NCBI GenBank assembly: GCA_025786725.1
Contig: JAHLTZ010000002.1
Span: forward strand, 682,001-746,000
Direction of reading: 5' to 3'
DNA length: 64,000 nucleotides
Origin: Syncephalis fuscata S228
Taxonomy: Eukaryota; Fungi; Zoopagomycota
Position numbers and translations under genes: made by a program. The notes under the pieces were generated by a model that was given only the letters and a program-made list of their open reading frames with translations, was not told the DNA's origin and did not search any database. How positions within the stretch are numbered: position 1 is the stretch's first letter; each line of letters starts with the position of its first letter. Of the stretch, positions 51,294 through 63,709 are shown one piece after another.

Positions 51294-51764
51294 ATCAGAT
51301 AACTGTAGTATTGTCATTTGTTACACGTGAAGCATTCGTACAAGTATGTACATCATGATCAAAATACACCCAAGAACAATGTTCAATAACTTTACTTGTA
51401 GCCGAATAAACCGGTCAATGTACAGACATAGCCATTGAGACTAGCATAGAAGAGTGGGAGCTAACAAGGCCATCCAATACATTTATTATTAGCGTGTACT
51501 ACTTTCCTATATAGAGCTATCGTGTAGAACTTTCCCAGCTGCATCTGATATGGAATATAGAATCAGATATTCCAAAATAGTAGTACAGGTCGGGTATTGC
51601 CGGAAGCTTCCTGGTCAATTTAATGGATAGCGCAGTACTAGCTTCATGATAGAGCATTTGTTGTTAATAGAGAACGTGCGCGATTGGTCAAGCTGGACTT
51701 TGATGGAATATTCGCTGCTCATACGAGTCACTACATATCTGATAATTGGTTAACATTATCAGAT
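51294..51764. promoter_or_regulatory. Cluster of SreA/Urbs1/Fep1-type iron-repressor GATA sites upstream of the siderophore synthetase
   Basis: ATCAGATAA 51294, ATCTGATAT 51543, ATCAGATAT 51562, inverted pair ATCTGATAA 51737 / TTATCAGAT 51756. Confidence 0.75.
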
Positions 51765-51936
51765 GGCATCAAAAGTGTGCCCAGTTGCCACTTTCTTTAA
51801 GGCCTCTTTTTACGTCACCTCGAAGGCAACACAATAGTAGTAACGCTGTTGCTTTTAATATTTATGAAAAATTTACAATAATTGTATAGTATTAATAAAG
51901 AATAGATACAGCATATTTATTAAGTCTATTTAGATT

Positions 51937-52692
51937 CTATTCTTTATTTTTCTTGCGCTTTTCCTTCTTATCCTTCTTAGTTTTCTTATCCTTCTTCTTC
52001 TTTGTAACATTCTTTGTATCAGTATCGCTATCTCGCTGACGCTTTTTCTTTTTGGTCATGCACATTGATGCTTCTTGACTTTGTTGCGACGCTAGTACCT
52101 CGTTTTTGGGTAATAAATGATCATCCAATGATGCTAGCGTAACATTCGTTGTAACTGTCTTAGTACTTTTAGCAGTAACCGTAGCATTAGTTGTGGCCAA
52201 TACTTCTACACGTGCTAACTTCGCTGGCTGTTCTACACGTGCACCTTTACGCGCTGTACGACCTTCACAAGCAGCGAATAACTCTGCATCCGTAATACGC
52301 ATACTATAGTCACGTCCATTATCGTCGTCGTCAGATTCGTTGTTGTTATTGTTAGAATCGTTAGAATCGTCAGAGTCACACGTGTCTTTAGAAGTAGCCT
52401 CTGTTATCAATGTTGTTTTTTTAGAAGCACTAATAATAGACTATGTTAATATTCATTTATACTTGCAGTCAATAATACTTACAATGTTGCGTTTAAGCCA
52501 CCATTGGCACTGGCTACAAATGTACCACGCATCCAAAATGGCATTGATGCTTTTGTTGTAGCTTTTGTTGTTGTTGTTACAGTAGCTTCTGTTTCACTAT
52601 CAGTATCTGCTTTATCGTTAACATCTGCTTCTACTTTCTTCTTGTCTTTCTTTTCCTTCTTCTTTTCCTTCTTCTTCTTTTCCTTCTTCTTC

Positions 52693-52723
<31 letters not shown>

Positions 52724-53229
52724 TGTGCTTCGATGGACGTTCAGTGCTAATAATACCCATACGATTTCGTTCAGCACCACCTTTGCCTGTTGTACTCAAC
52801 ATTACCTATCATAATTAATCAATAAATACTACATTCACTATAATGCTCCATTCTACTTACTCCCTCGTCACCTTTCTCCACTTTAATGGCACTCGAACTC
52901 TTGTTGTACACATGATCCCACCAAGCAAATCCCCATGTATCACTGCCAGACCCCAACTATACATATAGTTAACTATCTATTCATCTAATATTTACTAGAA
53001 CTAGTTATCTCCACCTACTCCTTTAGCATCATCCTTTTTAGTAATTGATATGGCTCTAGTAATGCCTTCGCCTTCACGACCTAGACCTGCACCACTGTTT
53101 GTATTATTTAGTATGAACTAGTGAATTATTGTATAGCAATAACTAGATTACTTACGTTTTCCAACCATACTTGGATAATTGTCGTGTAGCAAAATCACCA
53201 TAACGATTCTCATTAGAAGGTACCGTCAT
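51937..53229 (-). CDS. G-patch domain protein (GPATCH4/Tma23-like), Lys-rich, multi-exon
   Basis: FATRQLSKYGWK-GAGLGREGEGITRAI, FAWWDHVYNK, TDAELFAACEGRTARKGAR. Confidence 0.85.
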
Positions 53230-53418
53230 CTTTAGTATTACGACTAGTTGTAGGAATTACTGTAAAACCTTACAAACAAACTGAAAAATAAAAATAAAAA
53301 TAAAATAATACTAATAAAATTAATTGCCAAATCAATAAATTATAATTAAATTGTATAACTGTATAAATTGTGTGTGTAGATGAGATGAAGTAAATCCTGC
53401 AATTCTCTCCTTAGTGCA

Positions 53419-53490
53419 ATTTTACTTTGAGCCCTTACTTTTTTGAAACTAAAAGCTAAATAGTATATTGGTTCAAAAGATCAAATAATG
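53419..53490 (+). mobile_element. Second left-end remnant of the Fanzor-carrying TIR family
   Basis: attttactttgagccct followed by caaaagatcaaataa, matching attttactttgagtccct...caaaaagatcaataa at 8377-8425. Confidence 0.5.
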
Positions 53491-53678
53491 TGTGCGCACA
53501 ACTGTAATGGATTCCGACTTGTTAAAATGAATACATTTTATTTATTTATATAGCTAGTAAGCCATCGCTTTGCTTTCTAAATGTGTTGATATCACATTTA
53601 TATGGATTGACTTGGAAGCATTATGCAGTAGTAATTTAAATAATAATATATTCAAAATACTCTTTTGTTAGTGCTATC

Positions 53679-54742
53679 ATTGTTTTATTAATGATATTAT
53701 TATATAGCTACATTTGTTTTTATATGATTGCTTTTATTCTTTCTTTTATTCCACCTCTTAAACAATTCTCTTATTTATATTTCAATTTATTCATAGTCTT
53801 TATGTCCAATGTCATTTAATTTATGACTTGTATATATTACATTATTTATTAATTAAATAAAGATAGTATTTTTCAAGCATTAAACAACTTACTAGTCATT
53901 TAATGTGATTTAATGGCCAAATAACTACACTTAACAATATTTACGCATTTAAATTAAACTTTATTTCTATTGAACATGAAACTAGGAGTAATTCACATCA
54001 GGGCCCAAAATACTCATTATCATAGATTTATTATCCAGTATACATATACACTCTATTTATTTATATCATTCTATAATATATTAGATACATTATATTGTTT
54101 ATATGCTCCATTACACTTCACGCAGTCCACTCATTGTATTATATGCACTATAACTTTGACATCGTTTTATATGCTTTCTCGCCGTATATTCACCATTTTA
54201 TATATCATTATATACTCGCTTAATCTTTCTCTATCCAAAGCTGTATTTATTTTTGTTCTAGCTTTATTATTAAAAGTTTAGCTAATGTCGGTCATCTGCT
54301 CATGCATATATACTCAATAACTTAAACATTGCTAGTCTCATTCCATGTTGCATATTCATTATAATGTTTATCATTTCATTATATATTGGCTATACGCTGT
54401 ATATAACCGTTGTCGGTATGGTTCCAGTTCTTTTATTAATAAAAATTAACTTAGTGCACCTAGTTTGTTCACTGAGTTATATTGATAGAACAAATAATAT
54501 GCATATGAACGGAGCTATGTTTTATTAAGATTATTTATAAATAAACTACAGCATGTCAATTAGTTATGATTTTACTGTTAATTAAGTAATGTGATGAGTA
54601 TACATAGTAATAACACATACTGTGATGATATACATACTGAATAATAAATCTATGATGACGAGTATTTGATGATTGATATCACTCACCACCCATCATCAAG
54701 TTCAATAGATTGGGTGTTATTAAAATAGTCATTTTAACCACA
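53679..54742 (+). repeat. ~1.07-kb AT-rich direct repeat, copy B
   Basis: Near-identical to 40466-41531. Confidence 0.95.
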
Positions 54743-54767
54743 TCACAATAAATGTAATGATTTATTT

Positions 54768-55038
54768 CCCTAAAGTAGGAAAATGTTGGTTCGCCTAGTT
54801 CGAATCTTGTTTTCAGGAAATGCGTGATGGGATCCTTCCGTAGAAGAAATGGTCGATATTCCAACACGTGAGGAGAGCCACCAACGGTTTCAGTTGTAGA
54901 TGGCAGGTTCTGCGTTGCGCGCGGATAGGTTCGAAATGAACCGTCTATTCTCCTAGGGGTGGCAGACAAATGCTGCAAATGCGCGGTTAGGTCCTACGGA
55001 CCGTTGTCTCACTTAAGCTAATAAAATCAAATCAAATC
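54768..55038 (+). mobile_element. SINE or 5'-truncated non-LTR retrotransposon with (TCAAA)n tail and 18-bp target-site duplication
   Basis: TSD aaatgtaatgatttattt at 54750-54767 and 55039-55056. GC-rich body, B-box-like GTTCGAATC at 54798, 3' hairpin ggtcc-tac-ggacc, tail aataaaatcaaatcaaatc. Confidence 0.8.
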
Positions 55039-55597
55039 AAATGTAATGATTTATTTGTTTAATAAAATTCATCACCCGCCTCATCTTCAATAGAACAATT
55101 GTTTAATTCAATTGTGCAAATGTTATCAAAATTAGTCATTTGACGCCACATTATACTAAAGCATTAATAGCCACTAACAAATTAATAATAGTAAAAATAA
55201 TTATACTAAAACTACAACGCAATGAGTGGACTGAATAAAATGTATTGGAATATATAAAGAAAAAAATGTGTTTATTAAGTCATAGGATGGTATATGTGGA
55301 TAAAGAATATATATATATATTAGATAATAAATCTACGATAATGAGTATTTTAATTATGGCTGAATGATACGTTGACTCCATGGATTCATTTTAGTTCCAA
55401 ATGCTTTTTTACAACTCTAAAAAAACTAAAACTAAAAATAGATTGTACGGGAGTAAATGTACAACAACTCCCCCTTCTTATTAGCTACAAAGCACGATAG
55501 TATCACATCCGTTCTTTTCCGTTTACTATTCTTTGATTCCACTTCATCGCCTACTTGGCCATCTTATTGATTCTACTATCTACACCTGTAGGACATC

Positions 55598-55905
55598 ATG
55601 CGTTTCCTTATCAATCGTGTCAACAAGGTTGTTGATCGTCAACGCTTTTTCCAAGTAGGTGCTCTATGAATCAAAGCGCGCTTTTAACTAATACGCCCTA
55701 TCACCACTGGCTACTATCACTTAGACTGGACCACTATTCGTTTGGCAAAAGACTGGACGTGATCGCGCTATCAACATTATTTTTGGCACTGCAATCACTG
55801 GCGGCGTACTTGCCTCGACTGCCGGTCTAATTGCTATGGCCAACGTAAGTGACGTATATTAAATGATATTATAGATTCTTATACTATATGATGACATAGA
55901 AATAA
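55598..55905 (+). CDS. COX7: Cytochrome c oxidase subunit VII-like small protein (3 exons; missed by ORF track)
   Basis: MRFLINRVNKVVDRQRFFQ|TGPLFVWQKTGRDRAINIIFGTAITGGVLASTAGLIAMAN|K* with canonical GT-AG introns; N-x-V-x-x-x-Q-x-x-FQ and single TM helix. Confidence 0.7.
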
Positions 55906-56354
55906 TTTGACTTTCTACACTTTACTATTATGGATGATGTAGTTCAAGAATATGCGCATCTTGCGCAATAACTATACCGATATGAATTGATGAATGCAGC
56001 TTTTATTTCTGTGCGTATATATGTCCATGATGTGCGTATGCTTGTATTTGTCTTTGTTATGCGGTAAACAACATTATTCAATATTCCTTCAAACAATGGC
56101 ACATGAATTGCATTATAAACAATTTATACTTTTGTTATTTAATTACCGCCACCATTCCTATTAATGCCAATTATGAGTGGCATCTATTAAAAAAGATACA
56201 GACAATTTATTCACAACAGTACTAAAGCGAATAGAAAATAAGAAATGGCAGTGATGGCATAAATGGCCAATCATTGTAATGGAACAGCATTAGCCTAAAC
56301 TGTACTTTATATGCCGCACACATAAGGCATCGAGGAGAAAAAGGAGATGAATAA

Positions 56355-57131
56355 TTACAAAGGTTGTGAAGAGTCACGACGGTAATTGTCATGAGCAGTG
56401 GAAGTGCCATTGGTGTATTTATAGTTGGCTGAGGTTGAACGTGCCCGCTCACGACGACTATTAGCCGTATGGTCTTGCGGTGCTGATGATGGTGATGGTG
56501 ATGTTGCTGTTGATGGGGTACTACCGCCACTTGAGTAAGTGGATCGTCGACGATGGTCACGACTTGTATTATTATTTGTCGAACGAGTATTTTGACCATA
56601 TTTTGATTCAAAAGAGTGGCTATGTTGATTAGAGCCGGTAGGTGCTGTGTTATTACCACCACCACTAGCTGCTGTAGCAACAGCGGTTACTAAATCGCCT
56701 GCTAATCGTATAAGCCACCATACAAGAGCAAGGCCACGTCCAGCAAGACCATCATCACGACGGGCACGGGCAAGTTCAAATAGCCAGCGTAGTCGGGCAA
56801 CCACTCGGTCGTGACCTGTAAGCACGAAAGAACCGACAAATAACACAATAAGTGAAGCGATACAAATAGCGACCACTGCACAATAAGCAACACAAATAGC
56901 AATGAGTCGCGGAATAATCGGGAAACGAGCAAGGAGTGTTTGTAGCTCGGCATGTTTTCGAGCCAGGAAATCGGTAATGCCGTCTGGCTTTGTCGCCGTT
57001 GAGGTATTACTTGTATCGTTGGTCGCTCGTGGTAAACCAGACTCGGGTGGGCCATTGTTAGAACGATGGCTATTGGGTGAGCCAGGCCGATTCGTCGTGC
57101 CTGTTTCTCGAGTAGCCTCTGTGTTTATCAT
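56355..57131 (-). CDS. Hypothetical membrane protein with a long hydrophobic segment and disordered termini
   Basis: 258-aa ORF; LIAICVAYCAVVAICIASLIVLFVGSFVL. Confidence 0.65.
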   Translation of the reverse strand: MINTEATRETGTTNRPGSPNSHRSNNGPPESGLPRATNDTSNTSTATKPDGITDFLARKHAELQTLLARFPIIPRLIAICVAYCAVVAICIASLIVLFVGSFVLTGHDRVVARLRWLFELARARRDDGLAGRGLALVWWLIRLAGDLVTAVATAASGGGNNTAPTGSNQHSHSFESKYGQNTRSTNNNTSRDHRRRSTYSSGGSTPSTATSPSPSSAPQDHTANSRRERARSTSANYKYTNGTSTAHDNYRRDSSQPL

Positions 57132-58731
57132 GGTGGCTTTTGTATTTAGCGTGTAGGAATGTAAATAAAATAGCTAGAATCAAAGTAACGAGGATTGTTA
57201 TGGTTTGCCGCAAGCGTGGTAATTGCTTTGTTGCTATTTGCCTTGTTGTTGCTGTTATTGTTGTAGTAATGGATTTCCTTTTTGCTATCGTTGTTTCGCT
57301 GTTACTATCGTTTCGTAGTGATTGCTATGTTTGATAATAGTACAAAATGTTGTTAAAGAGAAAGAAAATACAAGGAGAAAAAACGGAATAGTTGACAATG
57401 GCTATTTAACACGTGTTGCCCAGAATTTGATCACTGACCAGCGTTACTTACTTGCGATAGAAAAGCGTGAAGTTGCTGGCACCACACGACTAATTCTCCG
57501 TTTAAACAGGTTTGTAATGAACTGTTATGTTAATTTAGTAAACTTTGAACTATATAAGTAAAGACAATAATTATTAATTAATATATGATAATAGTCATTA
57601 TATAAAATATCACAAAGAATCAATGTAGCAATTAAACGACTTTTTACTCATACATAAATACATCAATAAATTTGTATTTACATATAAATATAATCGTACA
57701 TTGATATTGCCATTCACTTACCAATAAATACACTCAATTTAGCGAGTGTAAATGATTAACCAGTGTAATATGAATATCAGTAATAATGGTTGTAGTAGTA
57801 ATAGTAGTAATCGTATTTCAACTAGATATAGACGATAAATAGGATAGAATGGTATAGGAAAAGCAATAGAACTTACAAACAATTGATCTATTTAAAGCTT
57901 TAACAATAGCCTAAACTGCTTGCTGAACATTAACACAAAGCGTTTAATCAAGTCGTAATAGTGGTAAAAAGAAGGGGTACCATATAGAGGCAAAGAGGAG
58001 GAGTATAGAAATACTTTAATGAATAGATAAATGACTATTATTAGTGTAGTAAAAAGATCGACTTTTATTAGAAATTCATTTCAATACAATGTTCAGCAAA
58101 TGTCGAATATAGATGTGCAAAAAGACAAAGAATAATGTTCAGACAATCAGCGCTAAGTTAATGATCGTTTTATTCTGATTAGAACAAATAGAAAGTAACA
58201 AACTATACAACTAAACATAAATTCATTATGTTACTATTATATTTATAATAACAGTGATTAATCAGTGCATTAATTAGGACAACTATTATTAGCGATGGTG
58301 TAGTATTTGTACCTGTATACTCATTCGTCGTTTACATCCAATAGGCATGGAAAATAGTCATAATGCAAAACACTTTCAAGGCCATAGTAGTACAGCTACA
58401 ATACTGGATAACAGACAAATAGACGACTATATTGCAAGTAGTTGGATTGAAACTAGAGTATAGGTGTTACGTGTGTGTGTGTGTATATATATATCATTCA
58501 ACCGCATAAACAATAATAAAATAGCAAGAAAAGACATAATCGCTACAGAAAGCAATGTTGGTATCTCAAGGACCAACCAAGCAGTAAAGCAAGAGACGGA
58601 AAGAGAGAAGCGTGTGTTACATGTTATAAATGCCACTGTCACTATCTTTATGACGTGTGCGTAGAAAGCAAGAATAAGAAAGAAAACAAACAAGCAACGT
58701 ACCAATAGATGTTGCTAAATATGCATGTTAT

Positions 58732-60020
58732 TTACCGAACACGTCCCTCAATCGATAATGGATCGTTATTGCGCTCGTTAGTGCGCGACTGACTAAAGAC
58801 TTGCCAAAAGCGAAGCGTCTCGTCTGGAGTACCCGTTACAACAGTACGGCCATCAGGCGATAATGCCATGTAAAGAATACGTTTAGTATGGCCGGTAAGC
58901 GTAGCTACTTGTCGCAGTAGCGGATATCGCCATATACGCAAATCATTGCGAGCAAATCCATGGGCCGATACCAATTCATTGCTATGTCGTGACCATGCAA
59001 GATTACACACCTGGGACTGTGTGTCAATGGTATTCAATGCAGTGCCCGTCAGCGTGTTCCAAAAACGAATGCAGCCATCCTGTGAACCACCACCTGTGGC
59101 CAGCAAGCCTTCTTGATGCGGTGACCAGGCAATTGCCTTTACTGCAGCTGTATGGTCGCTAAACTGCCACATCTGCGTGGATGTCTGGCGTCGATCCCAG
59201 ATAAACACTTGGTTATCATTGGCACCACTTGCTAGCTGTGTATTCGAATGGTTCCAGCGTAGACCACAGATTTCGCCTCGGTGAGCAGTCAGTCGTTGAA
59301 TGTCCCCGCGAGGAGATCGTAAATCGCGTTGTACAATAATTCGGTCACGGCCACCTGAGGCCAGTGTCGTGCCACACCAAGACATTGCACAAATACGACG
59401 ACGATGACTGGTATAAGCGCGCACTTCTTTCACTCGCTGCGCATCCCAAATCTGAATCTTTCCACTTTGAGTGGCTACTGCCAAAGTATTTCCCTAGATA
59501 AATAATAGTCAAGTAAGTTAAACTAATGTTTGTTTTATTTATATTTATATTTATATTTAACTTACCTGTGGAGTCCAGCTTACACTAGTTACAATATCGT
59601 TTGGTGGGACTTCACATAGTTTTGTTACATCGCTAGTCACAGCATTCCATATGTACACGTTTCTACCTAGACCCACACCAAGTAGATTTGTGCTGGACCA
59701 GTCAAGTAGGTTCAAGTAGTAATCATCAGCAATTTCAGGTGCATCAAGCACTTTAGACGGCTGTGAAGATACAGATACCAATGGCATGCGTGGCTGGCCT
59801 AATATATCTAGACTGGTTGGACTTATTAGTGAGCCTGCTGCTGCGATTGTTGTTAAAAACCGTCGTGGACTCATAGGTGAAATATCAGCAAGGTTTGTGT
59901 TGGCCAATGCATTGTATCGACGTCCAGATACTCGAGATGGTGAAGAAAAGTTTAATATTGGAGATTGTGGCGATAGATTTGCATCGTTTTGGCTCGTAGA
60001 CAACCGCTGTGTCTGATGCT

Positions 60021-60057
<37 letters not shown>

Positions 60058-61458
60058 ATTAGCACGCGGCTGTCCATCCTCGTCAAAACGATTAAGAAGT
60101 GTATCGTGCGATCGCCAGCCGATCAATGGTCCTTGCGTATTCGCTTGTCTTGTAGGTGACATGTGTGGAGTTGGTACAACAGTTCGATTGCGTCGATGGC
60201 CAGTACCGCTTCGGCTAATATCCATAGGACGTGTGCGTAGAAGGGCGTTGTTTGGCTCACCACCAAGCATTTCAATACCAGCTATAGCGTTAAATGCTTC
60301 GTATCGTTGACCTATATTGCCATTTAATAAATAATTGCCCATAATGCCTTAATTATTCTACTTACTTTGTGCATGTTCTGTATCTGTTTCAGGTGCACTT
60401 CGCTTATGATTATTCGATGTCAACTGAGCTACAACAGCGCCAACATGACGCGCTGCATGTAATTCAGCTCGTTGTTCCCATTGAGCACCATTAGGACGTG
60501 AAATGTATCGATTAGCGTCACTTCGATTTGGATGTCGATTAAAAGTAGGCGAACCAGGCATTCTATTGGGCGAACTAAAGATAACATCGTCTGTAATGGT
60601 CTGTGTAGGCGGCTCTGCTGACGTTTTAGGCGGCGGTGTAGTTACTCGTTGAATAGGCTCTCCATTAGTCGTCGAAGTTGACTGAATATTACTATTTGAC
60701 GCTGATCTAGGCATCATTGCGACTAATGGATTGGAATATAATATAGAATTTGGCGATACTGACTGAGGTGCAATAGCTGGATCGTTTTGTACCTCTCCAA
60801 TTGATTCAGTTGATGACAGCCGTGTCGATGTCATTACATTACGTGTTGTCACATCTGATGTTTGTGTGGCAATTGATAAACATGCATTTGCAGCATCAAT
60901 GACTGCTGATTTTTTTGCCGTACGTTTTTTTGGTCGTGTTGTTGGCGTTTTTGGCTGTGACACTGATAGGGATTTAAACATTGGTGTAAACATAGTTCGT
61001 CCCTCTTCAGATAGCGGTGGTGTTGTCTCTCGATAATTATCTGATATATCTGTATGGTGAGGTTGGCTATAATGCGATGTTTTATTGTTATTAGCATTTT
61101 CTGCTACAACTTGCATAAAAGAACTGTTATAGTTTGCCATTGTAGGCGATGTCGTCGACTGTTGACAGTACGTTGCCCATAATTCACGTGCTTTAGCCCG
61201 TGTTACAACGCCAACAGTTGCCATATCGTCTAGTACTAATGATGGCGACAATGGTGGTGGTGGCGATGCTACAATAGGCTCAAAATGAGCCTGGTTATTC
61301 ATGGTATGGCTATGGGCCAGCCCGTTATTCGCTGGATAACTGGTTGACGTGGCATTTAAATCTATAGCATTTTCGTACACCATATCGTGCAGGTCTTCTT
61401 CCGACAGTCTATTACGTAGCGATTTACGGCCTCGTCGACCATTACGAGTTTCAGTCAT
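58732..61458 (-). CDS. CDH1: APC/C coactivator of the Cdc20/Fizzy family, Cdh1/Fzr-like WD40 protein (3 exons)
   Basis: KVLDAPEIADDYYLNLLDWS, SGGRDRIIVQRDLR, HTAAVKAIAWSPHQEGLLATGGG, DETLRFW. Confidence 0.85.
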
Positions 61459-62487
61459 CGTAACGGCCAGGTGAGAAAAGTTTAAATACTATACAACGAT
61501 TGTAGTAGCACGTAACAATAGCCTGATAGATTGTAGTTGTTTTGAGCGTAGATAATGCAAATAAAACGAACAAGATATATAAAAACAAAAGATAATAACA
61601 GTTATTTGTAGAACATAAACAGAGTAGCGCGATCAATCAGCAAGCAAGACTAAAGAGCATATACTATTATAGAGAACAGGCGCGTTGCTTTAGCGATAGA
61701 TGCAAGTGCAACAATAAGTATATAGCTTTGCTAAGCGGAAAAGGATGAACAGCGTGTACTTAACAACACGGCAGTGTATGCGCACAAACGTACAAGCAAA
61801 CAAGCGTGTCGCTATGCAGTCGAAGGTGCTACAAGTTCACGTAATCAGGATTAGTGGACCGAAAAAAGTCGCTAAAAGGATAAAATTGCAGGCCAGACGC
61901 GTCTTACAAAGCGTGGTGGTAAGGAAGGAAATAGGACGTGGTGTCCGTGTGTGTGGTAGAATAAGAAAGAGCAGTCAGTTCAGTTACAAAAGTTATAAAC
62001 TGCATACACTAGGAAAAACAAAAACAAATAGATTTCGGACCACAAACGCAGTGTTCCGCCCTTAATATAAAGCTACTTGTTCAATAAAAGGATCGGCCGC
62101 TCAACTAGGCGTTAAAAGAGGGTAATGTCGGGGGTAAAGCTACAGGATGTGTGGCGATGCAAGGTGCAAACACTTTGTCGTCCATGCATGCAAGTGCGTA
62201 ACAAGAGCAAGTGAAGAAGCGTAGAAAGAATCGACGGTGGTAGTGGTGGTGGTAATGGCCGTGGTATTTTGTCATGAAGGCGACTAATAACAAGACGTGA
62301 ATGGGGGAACTTTGATGGATCTGGATTGAAATTTGGATTAACCTCTTGTTTACGGTAGTACAATTATGATAATGCACCAATAGTTGTTGTTGGTTGATTA
62401 AATCACGTGGTTTAGTAAAATTTCTTTATTTTTTGTATTTATTATTTCACTTTACTTTATCTTTTCACTGCCGTTATTATTACCGCA

Positions 62488-63709
62488 ATGGTCTTAGAAG
62501 AAGAAAAAGCCATTCATAAACAAGAAGAGGTGGCAGTACCGCAAGTTGTCTCAAACAACAGTGATGATGAAGATGGCGCACTGTTAGATGGTGGTCTATT
62601 CGAAGTAATCAATAATTAAATAAAATAGTGAATAATGAATAATGGCTAATAAATGGCTATATGTAGGAGCCGGCAAACTACCGGCCGCCATCGCCAGAAG
62701 CAACCTTTGTCGAGTATGATCGTGCAACAAAGCAAGCTACATCGGATATTTTGCGTCTCAGGCTTGTTGGTGCTCATCCATTATGGGGCCATTATCTGTG
62801 GAATGCTGCGCGTGTATTTGCCGATTATCTTGAGACAAATAGTGCAACACTTTGTCACGGTCGACGTGTACTTGAATTGGGTGCTGGTGCTGGTCTGCCT
62901 GGTATTATTGCATCGTTGAACGGTGCACAACGTGTAGGTTTATAAACTATTATCTAATAATAACAATGAACAAGATGAATTACTATTTGATTAATTTGTT
63001 AATTTATTAATTCAACTTGATTTATTTAGGTATTATTAACCGACTACCCTGATGCTGATTTACTTGATAATCTACGAATTAATGCTCATAACATTGCACC
63101 TGATGCTGTTAATGCAAATCAGCTAGCCGTAGAGGTAAGTAAAAACCATCAGTATTAACTATACAAATATATTAATTAACAATACAACACTAGGGATATC
63201 TATGGGGCTCATCCATTGAACAATTAGTAGCTACAACTGATATAACAAATGATATTGTTGAGCCAGGCCATTTCGACACGATTATTCTTAGTGATCTGGT
63301 ATTTAATCATACTGAACATCGATCAATGCTTCAAACAGTACGTGCATGTCTATGTAAAGCATCAGGTATGGCTGTGCCAAGTCAAACAACAGCTATGCCA
63401 AGATACGATGAACAATTAAACGCCATTCCACGCGATGCACCTTGTCCGCCATTATTACCATTAACGCAACGCGAAACAACTGCACCTCAAGCACTTGTAT
63501 TCTTCTCGCACCATCGACCATGGTGGGCAGCGCGTGATTTACACTTTTTTGAATTGGCACAATCATCATCGCCAATTTATGGCCAATTACGTGTTGAGCG
63601 TATTCTCGAAAAGCGTCTACAGCCAATGTTTGAAGAAGATCCAGGATCGGCTGAAGTACGTGCCACTGTACACGGTTACCGCCTTACATTGGCCGAATCA
63701 GTTAATTAA
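62488..63709 (+). CDS. NNT1: Protein N-terminal/lysine methyltransferase EFM7 (NNT1), multi-exon
   Basis: LRLVGAHPLWGHYLWNAA, VLELGAGAGLPG, LTDYPD, LSDLVFNH, FFSHHRPW, MFEEDPG...RATVHGY. Confidence 0.9.

Noticed and set aside
61745-62380. ORFs in the CDH1/NNT1 intergenic region and antisense ORFs overlapping real genes
   Set aside because: Shadow or low-complexity frames with no motifs; better explained as UTR/promoter or antisense of coding DNA
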